DNA from: Malacoraja senta
Lineage: Eukaryota
Assembly: GCA_038087875.1 (NCBI GenBank)
Contig: CM075988.1
Coordinates: 4,960,001 to 5,024,000, forward strand
Reading direction: 5' to 3'
DNA: 64,000 bases
Positions 13,098 through 25,285 of this stretch are shown here, one piece after another. Both the position numbers and the translations under genes were made by a program. Within the stretch, counting starts at the first letter, position 1, and every line of letters starts with the position of its first letter. A model generated the notes under the pieces. It saw only the letters and a program-made list of their open reading frames with translations, was not told the origin of the DNA and ran no database searches.

Positions 13098-16000
13098 TAT
13101 CGTGGGCCTTTACATTCACCGTTGTAACATTAAACTTAAATGGGAGTAGAGCGAGTTTTCGTAGATTTCAGCTTTTATCAGTCCTTAAAGAGGGGAGATT
13201 TGCAGTGTGTTTTCTGCAGGAGACGCACACAGTTGTTAGTGATGAACCTACCTGGAGACTGGAGTGGGAAGGGGGGGTTTACATGAGCCATCTCAGCTCG
13301 AATTCGAGTGGGGTGGCCTTTTTGTTGGCCCAGAATTTCCTGCCAACGATTTTAAAAGTGAATGAAGTTGTGCCTGGACGTTTGCTCCATATGGCAGTGA
13401 GCTTGGATGGCATACCGTTGCATTTCATTAACGTGTATGCCCCTAGCTCCGGCACGATGCAGGCCGGCCTAATTCAGGAGGTGACTGCTCTGTTGAGCAC
13501 TATTGATAGGGGAGAGTGTGTTTTCCTTGGTGGGGACTTTAATTGCACACTTGAGGCGCGAGATCGTTCTGGTACTCAGTGTGCCCCTGCTGTAGCGAAG
13601 AAGTTGAGAGGGATGATTGAATCCTTTGAGTTGGTTGATGCATGGAGGAACCTCCACCCGGATTCCAATGCTTTTTCGCGGAGGTATGAGGGTGGTGGTT
13701 CCCGTATTGACAGAATATATATTTCCCGAGCGTGTGTTGCCTGTGTCTCAGAGGCTTCAATGCGGGTGGTGCCATGTTCGGATCACTGTTTGGTGCGTGT
13801 GGAATTCAATCCGGCGCGCGCTAGGGCTGGGTCCGCGTACTGGCACTTTAATAACCGGTTGCTGGAGGATCGGTGTTTCCGGGAGTCATTCAGTAGGTTC
13901 TGGGGGAAGTGGAGAGAGGGGCGGAGGGGCTTCTCTTCCCTTAGGCAGTGGTGGGATGTAGGGAAAGCTCACATTCGTCTATTTTGCAAGGAGTATCCGT
14001 GGGGGTCGACCGGACGGAGGGACTCAGCGGTCGCGAGGCTTGAGAGGGAGATACGGGGTGCAGAGTCTCGCCTGGGTCGGGATGGTGAAGACTCCTGTGG
14101 ATGGGGAGAGTTTCAGGAGAAGAAGGAAGCCTTGAGGAATCTGCTGCTTGAGCGGTCCCGAGGTGCTTTCGTGAGGGCGCGGGTACAGATGATGCAAGAT
14201 CTGGACCGAGCTTCGCCTTTCTTTTTCTCTTTGGAGAAAGGGAGGGGAGCCTGCAAGCAGCTCGTAGAGCTGCTCGCAGATGATGGATCCTCAGTCACTG
14301 ATCCGGAGAGGATCAGTGAGGAGGTCAGGTCCTTTTATGGGTCCCTGTTCTCCGCAGGGGGATATAACGGGGAGGCTCAGCAGGACTTGTGGGAGGGTCT
14401 ACCGACTGTTGATAGGGAGGTGGCCGATCTTCTTGATGGCCCCTTATCTTTGGAGGAGTTGACTTGTGCATTGTTTCAGCTCAGGAAGGGTAAGTCACCC
14501 GGGATGGATGGGTTGACGGTGGAGTTTGTCAGAGCTTTCTGGGAGATCCTGGGGGGTGATTACATGTTGGTGCTGGGGGAGAGTCTGGCGGCCGGGGCGA
14601 TGCCCCTCTCGTGGCGTAGGGCAGTTGTTGTCTTGCTGCCTAAGAAGGGTGAACTCCGCTTGTTGAAGAACTGGAGGCCGGTATCTCTCCTATGTACAGA
14701 ATATAAATTATTTGCACGGGCAATGGCAAATCGCATGGGCCCTGTGCTGTCTCAAATGATTCATCCTGACCAGTCCTATACAGTCCCTGGCAGGTCCATT
14801 CAGGATAACATCCACCTGGTTAGGGACCTGATTCATCTAGTTCAGGGTACTGGTCAGTCAGCTGCTTTTCTGTCTCTTGATCAGGAGAAGGCTTTTGATA
14901 GGGTAGAGCATGATTACCTATTCGGGACGTTGCAAGCGTTTGGATTTGGACCGCATTTTGTGGCCCGGGTCCGGCTTCTGTACGCTGCAGCGGAGTGCCT
15001 GGTGAAGGTTAATGGTGCGTTGTTGGCTCCCTTTCAGTTTGGGAGGGGGGTCTGTCAGGGGTGCCCCATGTCGGGTCAGTTGTACTCGGTCTGTGTGGCG
15101 CCGTTCCTGTGTCTTCTTCGGAGGAGGTTGACAGGCCTGGCCCTACCTGGCCCGGGGGTGGAGGTGGTTCTTTCGGCGTATGCAGATGTATTTCTTATGT
15201 TCACTGATCCTGGTGACCTGCGGAGGATGCGTGACTGTCAGGAGATTTTCTCAGCTGCATCTTCTGCCAGGATTAACTGGAGTAAGTGTTCTGGTCTTTT
15301 AGTGGGTCAGTGGCAGGTGGATTCCCTGCCGGAGGAGATGGAAAGGTATGTGTGGAGCACAACCCATCTCCTCTATCTGGGGGTTTACCTGAGTCCCACT
15401 GAGGATGCTTGGCCGGCGAATTGGCTGGAGTTGGAGACGAAGGTGGTTGCCCGGCTGGGTCGCTGGTCGGGCTTGCTTGGAGTTCTTTCTTTCCGGGGGA
15501 GGGTGATGGTCATAAATCAGCTGGTGGCCTCCATGTTATGGTACCGGCTGGCTACTCTTGTCCCACCTTCCATATTTGTAAATGCTCTTCAGAAGAAGCT
15601 GGTAGATTTCTTCTGGGGAAATAGGAAGCACTGGGTCTCTGCAGCGGTCCTGAGTCTCCCGTTAGAGGAGGGCGGTCAGTCCTTGGTATGCGTGCGTACC
15701 CAGGTGGCGGCTCTCCGTCTCAGGACTCTGCGGAGGTATATGTATGTAGAGAATCCCCCCAGATGGCACGCTCTGGCCACGTATTTTTTTCGTCGTGGTC
15801 GTTGCCTAGGGGGGGTCTCGCGGCTCCCGGTGGCGGGCATCAGTAGACCCGCCCTAAGGGGTTTGCCTGTTTTCTATCGGGATGTGATCAGAGTGAGGAA
15901 TTTGGTTGTTTTCAGCCAGCGTGTTGTTCCACGAGGGGAGGGCGATGGTGCGGTTGCGGGAGTGGCCGGTCCTCGCCCAGTCATGGCGGGTGTCGAGGAG

Positions 16001-16750
16001 AGGCGAGCGCCTAGAGTGGTTCTGGCTGAGCTTTCAATTGCTCCGTCAGATCTGCTCATCGGGCCAAGGCTCCGGGATATATCTCGGGAACCGGCTCCAC
16101 ACAACCTGAGCCGCCTTTCTGAGATGATCCGCATACCGTTTCGTGATGCGAAGAGACGCACATTGTATAGGATGTTCCTGCACATTCTGCACCTCCTTGC
16201 CTTTGTTTCCCGTCCTGACACACCTTGGCGGACGGTGTTACCACCTGATGGTGGGGGGGGTCCCTGGTGGGGGTCCTTCCATAAGGGAGTTGTCCCCCTT
16301 TACATTGGGGACCTGGGGTGGAGACTGTTGCACGGAGCGGTGGTTTGTAATAAACTTTTGAGTCGGTTCACGGGTTCGTCTGCCGCGTGTATTTTCTGTG
16401 GCAAGGAAGAAACCGTGTTCCACTTATACATGGAGTGTGAGAGGTTACTGCCCCTGTATCAATATCTGAAGGGGTTGTTCCTTAAGTTCTGGTTGCATTT
16501 TAGTCCCACGATTCTAGTGTGTGGGCATAAGTTAGGGTGTGGGGAGAGCCAAGTGGGGGGTTGGGACCTCCCTGTCGGTTTGCTCCTGGGCCTGGTTAAG
16601 ATGGCCATTCGTGGGTCCAGGCAGCGGGCGGTCGATGGTGAGGCGAGAGTTGGCTGCCTGCCCCTCTTCCGGGCGTACGTCCGTGCACGGGTGTCCCTGG
16701 AGCGGGAATATGCGGTGTCCACGAGGACTCTGGAGGCCTTCCGTGGGTGA
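13088..16750 (+). pseudogene. Tx1 ORF2: APE endonuclease + reverse transcriptase + C-terminal CCHC; probably catalytically dead
   Basis: TLNLNG (13127-13144), FLQETH, NVYAP, GGDFN, SRIDRIY, SDH; KSPGMDG, WRPVSLL, LDQEKAFDRV, QGCPMSG, YAD-V (one Asp missing); CIFCGKEETVFHLYMEC. Confidence 0.92.
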
Positions 16751-17038
16751 TGGTCACCACGTGGGGTGGAGAGTATAATAAATCATGAATGTAATGTTGT
16801 AATGATGTGGTTTGATATAATGTATCTTTGATTATGTATTGATGTGATGTATCATTGAGTGTGTTGAATAAAGTTTTTGAAAAGTAAAAAAATAAATAAA
16901 AAAATAAAAAAAATAAAAAAAAGAGAGAGAGAGACAGTTGACTGTCCTTGTGTAGTACCGTAATACCATGTGAAGGGTGGCATGGACATAGGTGTGGTGA
17001 AGGTTATAAATGGCATGAATTAATAAGGTTAATCTACA

Positions 17039-17385
17039 CCTCCTAACCCTATTCTCCTATCTTCTCCCCATACGTCTGACACCTGCACTAATCAAGAATC
17101 TATCCATCTCTGCCTTAATATGGATATTTCACTGACTTGGCAAAGAATTCCACATATTCACCACCCTATGACTAAAGATTTTTTTCCTCATCTCCTTCCA
17201 TCCCAAGAACGTCCTTTAATCCTGAGGCTATGACCTCTAGTCCTAGACTCTGCCACTGGCGGAAACATCCTCTCCACATCCACTCTATCCAAGCTTTCAT
17301 TATTCTGTATGTTTCTATGAGGTCCCCCCTCTTTCTTAAAAACTTCAGCAAGTGCAGGCCCAGTGCCGACAAATGCTCATCACCG
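17039..17385 (-). mobile_element. CR1 3' fragment (continuation of 9752-9831)
   Basis: Minus-strand RGDLIETYRIMK and CR1 3' UTR. Confidence 0.8.
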
Positions 17386-17409
17386 GTTAGCCTAACTTAA
17401 TTTCTTTAG

Positions 17410-17832
17410 GACATAGGTTGTAGGTGAAAGGAAAAATATTTAACAGGAATTTGAGGGGTAACCTTTTCACACAAAGGGTGGTGGGTGTATGGAACAAGCT
17501 GCCAGAGGATGTTGTTGAGGTTGGGACTATCCCAATGTTTAAGAAACAGTTAGACAGTTAGATAGGTCTGAAGAAGGGTTTCGACCCGAAACGTTGCCTA
17601 TTTCCTTCGCTCCATAGATGCTGCCTCACCCGCTGGGTTTTTCCAGCATTTTTGTCTACCTTCGATTTTACAGCATCTGCAGTTCCTTATTAAACATAGA
17701 TAGGACAGGTTTGGAGGGATATGGACCAAACACAGGCAGGTGGGACTAGTGTAGCTGGGACATGTTAGCCGGTGTGGGCAAGCTGGGCCAAAGGGCCTGT
17801 TTCCACACTCTATCACTATGACTATCACTCTA
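17410..17832 (+). mobile_element. CR1 3' fragment interrupted by a pLTR/hammerhead unit (17567-17696, TSD tagatagg)
   Basis: CR1 C-terminal sequence resumes after a duplicated tagatagg (17559-17566, 17697-17704). Confidence 0.8.
17562..17601 (+). ncRNA. Candidate minimal type I hammerhead ribozyme
   Basis: ATAGGT-CTGAAGA-A-GGGT-TTCG-ACCC-GAAA-CG-TT-GCCTAT: 6-bp stem I, core boxes, 4-bp stem II with UUCG loop, palindromic ACGT stem III. Confidence 0.6.
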
Positions 17833-18104
17833 CTCATTCCTGGGATAATTCTCTCCTTTTATAACTTTGCCTGAAGGACCTCAACAGTTTTTAATACCTG
17901 AGTCTGTACTTTCACCATGGATCATGTTTCACTTCTGGCTCTTCCATTTCCCATGGCAGAGTGTTCTGAGTCCATTTAATAATGCCCTTTACACTGGCAC
18001 CAGGAAATCAACCTAACTCATGTAAGCATATCTGTTTCTGTCCTTAATTTTCCCAACGGTTAATGGATTTTTACCCATGTGTAATGTAATCTCTGGGGCT
18101 CTTA

Positions 18105-18990
18105 GTGTCATAGAGTCATAGAGTCATTCAGAGTGGAAACAGGCCCTTCGGCCCAACTTGCCCACACCGACAAATATGTCCCATCTACACGTCCCACCTA
18201 CCCAAGTTTGTCCCATATCCCTCTAAACATATCCTATTAATTTACCTGTCTAAATGTGTTTTAATCATTGTGCTAGTACCTGCTCCAACTACCTCCTCCG
18301 GCAGCTCATCCATACACACACCACCTTTGTGCAAACAAATTACCCCTCAAGTTCCGATTAAATCTTTCCCCCCTCACACCTAAACCTATGTTCTCTGGTT
18401 CTTGATTCCCCTACTCTGGGCCAGAGACTCTGTGCATTTACCCAATCTGTTCTTCTCATGATTTTGTACACCTCCATAAGAGCACTCCTCATGCTCCTGT
18501 GTTCCAAGGAATAGAGACCCAGCCCATTCAACCTCTCCCTATAGCCTAGGACCTTGAGTCCTGGCAACATCCTCATAAATATTCTCTGCGCCATTTTCAG
18601 TTTGACAGCATCTTTCCCATAACATGGTTGTCAAAACTGAACACAATACTCTAAATGTGGCCTCGCCATCATTTTATGTAATTGCAACATGACCTTCCAA
18701 CTTCTGTACTCAATACTCTGACTGATGAAGGCCCATGTACTGAAAGCATTTTTGACCACCTTATCTACCTGTGACACCACTTTCAAGGAGCCATGTACCT
18801 GCACTCCAAGATCCCTCTGCTCTACAACACTCCCCAGAGCCCCTACCATGCATTGTGTAGGTCCTGCCCACGATAGATTTTGAAAAATACAGCATGTCAC
18901 ATTTCTCTGCATTAAATTCCATCAACCATCCCTCAGCCCACCGACCCAACCGAACCAGATCCCATTGCAATTTTTGATAACCACCTTCAT
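18105..18990 (-). mobile_element. Degraded CR1 RT C-terminal fragment and 3' UTR
   Basis: WLMEFNAEKC, RPHLEYCVQF and GLYSLEHR motifs in shifting frames; (tgactcta)n tail. Confidence 0.9.
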
Positions 18991-19150
18991 TATCTATGAT
19001 ACCACCCGGTCTTGTCCCAGCTGGAGTTTAAAATTTAAAATAAAAAAATGGTGGACAATTGTCACTAACACTAACATTATATCTCACACTATCAATATTA
19101 TCCTTTGCATCAGTCTGGTGGTCATGTCGTTGTTGCAAGGGATTGCGTGT

Positions 19151-20195
19151 TTGTTTAGTTTGGTTTAAAGATACTGCATGGAAACAGGCCCTTTGGCCCA
19201 CCGAGCACGCACCGGCCCGCAAACCCCGTGCATGAGCTCTATCCTACACACTGGGGACAATTTACTATTTTCACCAAAGCCAATTAACCTACAAACCTGG
19301 ACATCTTTAAAGTGTGGGAGGAAACCCACGCAGGTCACAGGAAGAACGTACAAACTCCGTCCAGACGTTCACCCGTAGGATCGAACCCTGGTGTCTGGCT
19401 CTGTAAGGCAGCAACTCTACCGCTGTGCCACCCCTACAGGGATGACCTTTACCCTGAACATGGCTTCAACATGCTGCCCAGTTGCCCTCTTAAGTCAGCT
19501 CCTCCAGGATCACGGGCTGGTGCAGAATATCCCTCACTGTCATCTTAAACCTTCATGATAGTGGGCAAGGTCTGGGCGCTGTGTTGTCTGTGGACCTCCT
19601 CAGTTTAGTTTTGCGTTAGTTTAGTTTAGAGATACAGTGCGGAAACAGGCACTTCGTCCCACCGAGTCCGTATCGACCAGCGTTCCCCGCACATTAACAC
19701 TATCCTATCCACACAAGCGACAATTTTACATTTGTACTAAACCATTTAACCTACAAACCTGTAAGTCTTTGGAGGGTGGGTGGAAACCGAAGATCTCGCA
19801 GAAAACCCACACAGGTCCAGGTTCAGGAACAGCTTCTTCCCCACAGCCAATAGGCTATTAAACTCGGCTCGGACAAAACTCTGAACATTAATAGCAATAA
19901 TCTATTTATTTGCACTTTATCAGTTTAATTATTCATGTGTGTATATATTTATACAATGGTATATAACACACTGATCTGTTCAGTATTCGTGCCTACTATG
20001 TTCTGGTGTGCTAAAGCAAAGCAAGAATTTCATTGTCCTATCAGGGACACATGACAATAAAACTCTCTTGAATTCTTGAACTCTTGAACAGGTCATGGGG
20101 AGAACGTAGAAACTATGTATAGACAGCACCCATAGTCGTGTTTGAACCCAGGTCTCTGATGTTCAAAGGCAGTACCGTTACACCACCACGCCACC
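19151..20195 (-). mobile_element. Two V-SINE copies (19151-19433; 19601-20195), the second split by a Rex1-like 3' end (19818-20087, plus strand)
   Basis: SINE consensus on the minus strand; insert caggttcaggaacagcttcttccc...caataaa(ctcttgaa)n flanked by duplicated acaggtc. Confidence 0.8.
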
Positions 20196-20554
20196 CATGA
20201 TTATGGATCAGATCCAAACAGCTCACAGAGAAAATTTCATTGATCAACAGTGGGTTTTTCAAACAAATTGGTTTATGCAAATCCTTAACAGCATATACTG
20301 GGACACATTCTGAGAGCTCCCAAAGTGTTTCAACGACTCACAGCAATTACAGCCTTTTATAAGCTATGATAGAATGGTTAGATGTGGATTTTACATTTTT
20401 GAAATAAATCAGATGCAAATCACTAGACAGATGCAAATAAATCATCAGTGATTAATGTTTTTTGTCATCTTTCATCCTTTTTTATTCTCTGCCAGAGTTA
20501 CCTTTAACCTTCTGTTTCCTGATGTGTAGGAAATCATTCTCCCATTTATCTAGC

Positions 20555-21245
20555 AAATGGGCATCATAAAGTGACTTGTCTTATTTCACAATCAGTTTTA
20601 ATGCGCTGTTCATCCTTATCCTCCATTATACTGTGCAACAACTCAGTGATATTATTAACCCTAGTTAGACACAAAAAGCTGGAGTAACTCAGCGGGACAG
20701 GCAGCATCGCTGGAAAGAAGGAATGGGTGGCGTTTCGGGTTGAGACCCTTCTTCAGAATGGTGTTTGTCCCGCTGCCTATCCCGATGCTGCCTGTCCCAT
20801 TGAGTTACTCCAGCTTTTTGTGTCTATCTTCAGTTTAAACCAGCATCTGCAGTTCCTCCCTACATATTATTAACCGTAGCACCAGAGAGGCAATATACTG
20901 AGCTGGAATCACAATTGTAGAATGCCCTGCCTGCTCCTTTACCCATAGATTTCCCATTCATTCGTGTTCTCCTGTCTTGTGGCTTTGAGACATGCACAGC
21001 TTGGATTTTGACTGCACCTCTCAAGGGATGTCTTCGCACCTATTCTCAGAACTAATTACTGGGGCACCATTGTGATACAGCAGTAGAGCTGCTGCCTTAC
21101 AGCACCAAAGACCCAGGTTGAAGCCTGACTACGGGTGCTGTCATTGTGGAGTTTGTACGTTCTCCCCATCACCTGCGTGGGTTTTCTCCGGGAGCTCGGG
21201 TTGCCTCCCACACTCCAAAGACGTACAGCTACATCTGTACTCCAG
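20555..21245. repeat. Copy A of a local duplication (old CR1 ORF1 fragment plus SINE head)
   Basis: Colinear with 24789-25285, including the same SINE junction. Confidence 0.85.
20665..20863. mobile_element. 199-bp inverted pLTR/hammerhead insertion with 16-bp TSD
   Basis: atattattaaccctag (20649-20664) / atattattaaccgtag (20864-20879); absent from the paralogous site at 24930-24945. Confidence 0.9.
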
Positions 21246-21575
21246 CTAGCCATGCCTAAGCACCTCCTAAGTCTCTTTATTGCCTCTCCGAACATGGCCT
21301 TTAACTTACCTTCCCTATGTTGTTCACTTTTCCCATCATGCTTCTCCAGTATATAAACTCTTGTGTTAGACATATTATAAACATACTCTATTTTCTCCTA
21401 ATTGCCCAAATTCCCAATATCAACTTCCTCTTCATCTTCTGAAGCTGCAGCAGTTGAGCAGGACCTGCCGAACAGACAAAAATAGAGGGGGTTGTTCGGG
21501 GAGCCCTGGTAGGACTTGCTCTTCCACTTGCATCTTGCTGCCAGTTGTCTTTGCCTGTGGCAACTTGCAACGTGG

Positions 21576-21868
21576 TTTTGTTTAGTTTAGAGATGCAATG
21601 CGGAAACAGGCCCTTCGGCCCACTGAGTCCGCACCTACCAGCGATCGCCCTGTACACTAGGCACAATTTATAATTTATACCAAAGCCAATTAACCTACAA
21701 ACCTGAACGTCTATGGAATACGGGAGAAAACCGGAGCACCCGGAGAAAACCCACAAGGTCACAGGGAGAACGTACAATCTCGATGCAGACAGCACCTGTT
21801 GTCAAGATCGAACCCGGGTCTCCAACGCTGAAAGGCAGCAACTCTACCGCTGCGCCACTGGGCCGCCA
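21576..21868 (-). mobile_element. V-SINE
   Basis: Full SINE consensus on the minus strand. Confidence 0.85.
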
Positions 21869-22089
21869 TTCAATAAAGAAAAGAAGTGGAATAGCAAGAA
21901 TGGATCTGCAGGATGTTGCCCGGATTGGAGGATTTGGGGAGCGATTGAGTAGGTAGCGGTTCTAATCCCAGGAGTGATGAAGGCTGAGGGATGACTCAAT
22001 GGAAAAGAAAATGAGAAGCATCCATAGGGTGGATAATCAGAATTTTTTTTCCTGTTTTTAGTGTATCAAAACTAAACGGGAAGATACTG

Positions 22090-22545
22090 TTGACACAAAA
22101 TGCTGGAGTAACTCAGTGGGACAGGCAGCATCTCTGGAGAGAAGGAATAGGTGACGTTTCAGGTCAAGACCCTTCTTCAGATTGAGAATCGGGGGAGAGG
22201 GAGACACAGAGATATGGAAGTGTAAGTTGTGAAAACGAGATATCAAAGGGGACCAAGGTCAAGGAAAATGTAGAATAAATCTTTGTCAGCTGGGGAAGGT
22301 GACAATGAAGCATACAAAGATAAAATATAACTAGGAAGACAGTCAGACTGGTCGGAGAACTAGGATGGGATGGAGAGAGAGGGAAAGTAAGGTTTACTTA
22401 AAGTTAGAGAAGCTTGAAGAAGGGTCTCGACCCTTAACGTCACCCATTCCTTCTCTCCAGAGATGCTGCCTGTCCCGCTGAGTTACTCCAGCTTTTTGTG
22501 TCTATCTTTGGTTTAAACCAGCATCTGCAGTTCCTTCATACACAA
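22090..22545. mobile_element. Penelope pLTR (minus, 22090-22412) fused to an inverted short copy (plus, 22413-22545)
   Basis: Hammerhead-like motifs at about 22150-22182 (minus) and 22414-22445 (plus). Confidence 0.8.
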
Positions 22546-22689
22546 AACTGTAAGGAAATAGTTTTAGAGATGAAAGCGAGGAGATTTAAAGTATTTCGCG
22601 CAGAAAGTGGTCGATACTGGAACGCACTGCCTGTAGAGGTATTGGAATCAGATACAATTACTATGTTTAAGAGGCATTTGGATAAACAC

Positions 22690-23125
22690 AAGTTCATAAA
22701 TTCATAAGTTCTAGCAGCAGAATTAGGCCATTCGGCCCATCAAGTCTACTCCGCCATTCAATCACGGCTGATCTGTCTTTCCTTCTCAACCCCATTCTAC
22801 TACCTTCTCCCCATAACCCCTGACACTTTTACTAATCAAGAATCTGTCAATCTCCGCCTTCCAAAAGATCCATTAAAGGCCTCCACAGGCTTCTGTGGCA
22901 ATTAATTTCACAGATTCACCATCCTCTGACTAAAGAAATTCCTTCTCATCTCCTTTTATCCTGAGGCTCTGGCCTCTGGTCCCAGACTCTTCCACTAGTG
23001 GAAACATCCTCTCCACATTCACTCTATCCAGGCCTTTCACTATTTGGTACATTTCAATGAGGTCCCCCCCGTACCCTTCTAAACTCCAGCGAGTACAGGG
23101 CCAGAGCCATCAAAAGCTTATCATA
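22690..23125 (-). mobile_element. CR1 3' fragment
   Basis: CR1 C-terminal coding sequence and 3' UTR on the minus strand. Confidence 0.8.
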
Positions 23126-23171
23126 ACTAAGCAAGGCGTTGAAGGATATGGACCTAATGCGAGAAAATAGC

Positions 23172-23490
23172 TTAGTTCAGTTTAGTTTCGTTTAGTTCAG
23201 AGATACAGCGCGGAAACAGGCCCTTCGGCCCACTGAGTCCGCACCGACTAGCAATCCCTGCACACTATCCTACACATACATTAGGGACAATTTACACTTA
23301 TACCAAGCCAATTAACCTATAAGCCTTTACCTTGGAGTGTGGGAGAAAAACGAAGATCTCGGAGAAAACCCACGTGGTCAGGGGGAGAACGTGGAAACGT
23401 ACAGACAGTGCCCATCGTCAGATTTGAACCCGGTTCTCCGGTGCTGCAAGCGCTGTAAGGCAGCAACTCTCCGCTGAGCCATCGTGTCAC
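23172..23490 (-). mobile_element. V-SINE
   Basis: SINE consensus. Confidence 0.85.
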
Positions 23491-23844
23491 CGTATATCTA
23501 TAAAACGGATCAGAGTAGATGATCAAATAGGTCAGTGTGGACCTGGTGAGTTTAAGGACCCAGATCTGTGCTGTAGAACCATGACTCTAATTGCATCGGA
23601 GCAAGATACAGCAGGTTTTACAGACAGATCCAAACTAAGAGGGTCTAAGATAAGTAACGATGTAAACAATGGAAACACATTAAAGTCAATGAGTTGCAAG
23701 TCCAATTAACTGCGTATAAATGTGATGATGTGGCAGGAACTGAGGCCTAGCTACAGACGTGGCAGGAATGGGTTCTACATAATGGTGGCATTGATTATGG
23801 AGAGTATGTCAGTACTGGAGCAATGATATTCTGGAAAGATTAAG

Positions 23845-24322
23845 GATTTACGAGGATGTTGCCAGGACTAGAGGGTCTGAGCTATAGGGAGAGGTTGAGT
23901 AGGCTGGGACTCTATTCCTTGGAGTGCAGGAGGATGAGGGATGATCTTATAGATGTGTATAAAATCATGAGAGGAATAGATCGGGTAGATGCACAGAGTC
24001 TCTTGCCCAGAGTAGGTGAATCGAGGACCAGAGGACATAGGTATAAGGTGAAGGGGAAAAGATTTAATAGGAATCTGAAGATTAACTTTTTCACACAAAA
24101 GGTGGTGGGTGTATGGAACAAGCTGTCTGAGGAGGTATTTGAGGCAGGGTCTATCCCAACATTTAAGAAACTAACTGTTTCTTATGGATAGGGCAGGTTT
24201 GGAAGGATAGGGACCAAACGCGAGCAAGTGGGACTAGTGTAGCTGGGACATGTAGGCTGGTGTGGGCCGAATCACAGCTGTTTCCAAGCAAAGCTGTAAC
24301 ACTGTATGACTCTATGACTCTT
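23845..24322 (+). mobile_element. CR1 3' fragment, nested in an older CR1 endonuclease remnant (about 23670-24745)
   Basis: MLPGLEGLSYRERLSRLGLYSLE...RTRGH; flank translates KVNELQVQL...DVAGTEA, like the APE N-terminus. Confidence 0.8.
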
Positions 24323-24788
24323 TGACTGAATCTAACTTTTTAGAACAAAGGAATAATGGGGTGTGATTACACTACCAGGGCTATTCTAAAAGCTCCAAAT
24401 GGTGGGAAGGATGCCAAGGAACAAATTTGCAGGGACATTTTATAGATATGCAAAAGTCACAGAGCAGTGATAATAAGTATTCAAATATAGAGTGGGATAG
24501 GCTGCGCTAATGGTAGTCGGTGTACAAAGATAAACTGCCACAGTCCAATTATAGAGTGTGATAATGATTACATAATGGGCAAAGAGAGGGGAGGAATTTT
24601 GTTCATTCCGGAGAACATTGGTAAACAGCTTATATATCAGGCTGAATGAAGAAGGTTACATTCTGGGCTTGCTTCTGAAGAATGAGCTGGGGTAAAATGG
24701 TGGGTGAACATCTCGGAAACATTGACCACAATATTATAGGGGTTTGGAGACAAAGGAAACTGCAGATGGTGGTATCATGAGCAAAGAT

Positions 24789-25285
24789 AATGGGATTCAC
24801 AAAGTGACTTGTCTTATTTCACGATCAGTTTTAATGCCCTCGCCTTGTTTACAACATCCTACACTCCTGCCATTGCTACCTATGAGCTGCTCACCCTTAT
24901 CCTCCATTATACCGTGCAGCCACTCAGTGATATTATTAACCCTAGCACCAGAGAGGCAATGTACTGGCCTGGAATCACATCTGTAGAACGGCCTGCCTGC
25001 TCCTTTACCTATAGATTTCCCATACATTCATGTTCTCCTGTCCTGTGGCTTTGAGCTACACACAGTTTGGGTTTTGGCTGCACCTCCCAAGAGTAAATTC
25101 TCTCACCTATTGGTTCTCAGAACTAAATACTGGGGCAGCATGTTGATGCAGCGTTAGAGTTGCTGCCTTACAGCACCAAAGACGTAGGTTCGATCCTAAC
25201 TAGGGGTGATGTCGGTACAGATTTTGTACGTTCTCCCTGTGAGTTTGCTGGACGAACTCGGTGGGTCTGGTGGCATCTGTACTGC
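24789..25285. repeat. Copy B of the local duplication
   Basis: Minus-strand GKSIGKGAGRPF...CLSGARVNNITEWL resembles the CR1 ORF1 esterase N-terminal block; colinear with copy A. Confidence 0.85.
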
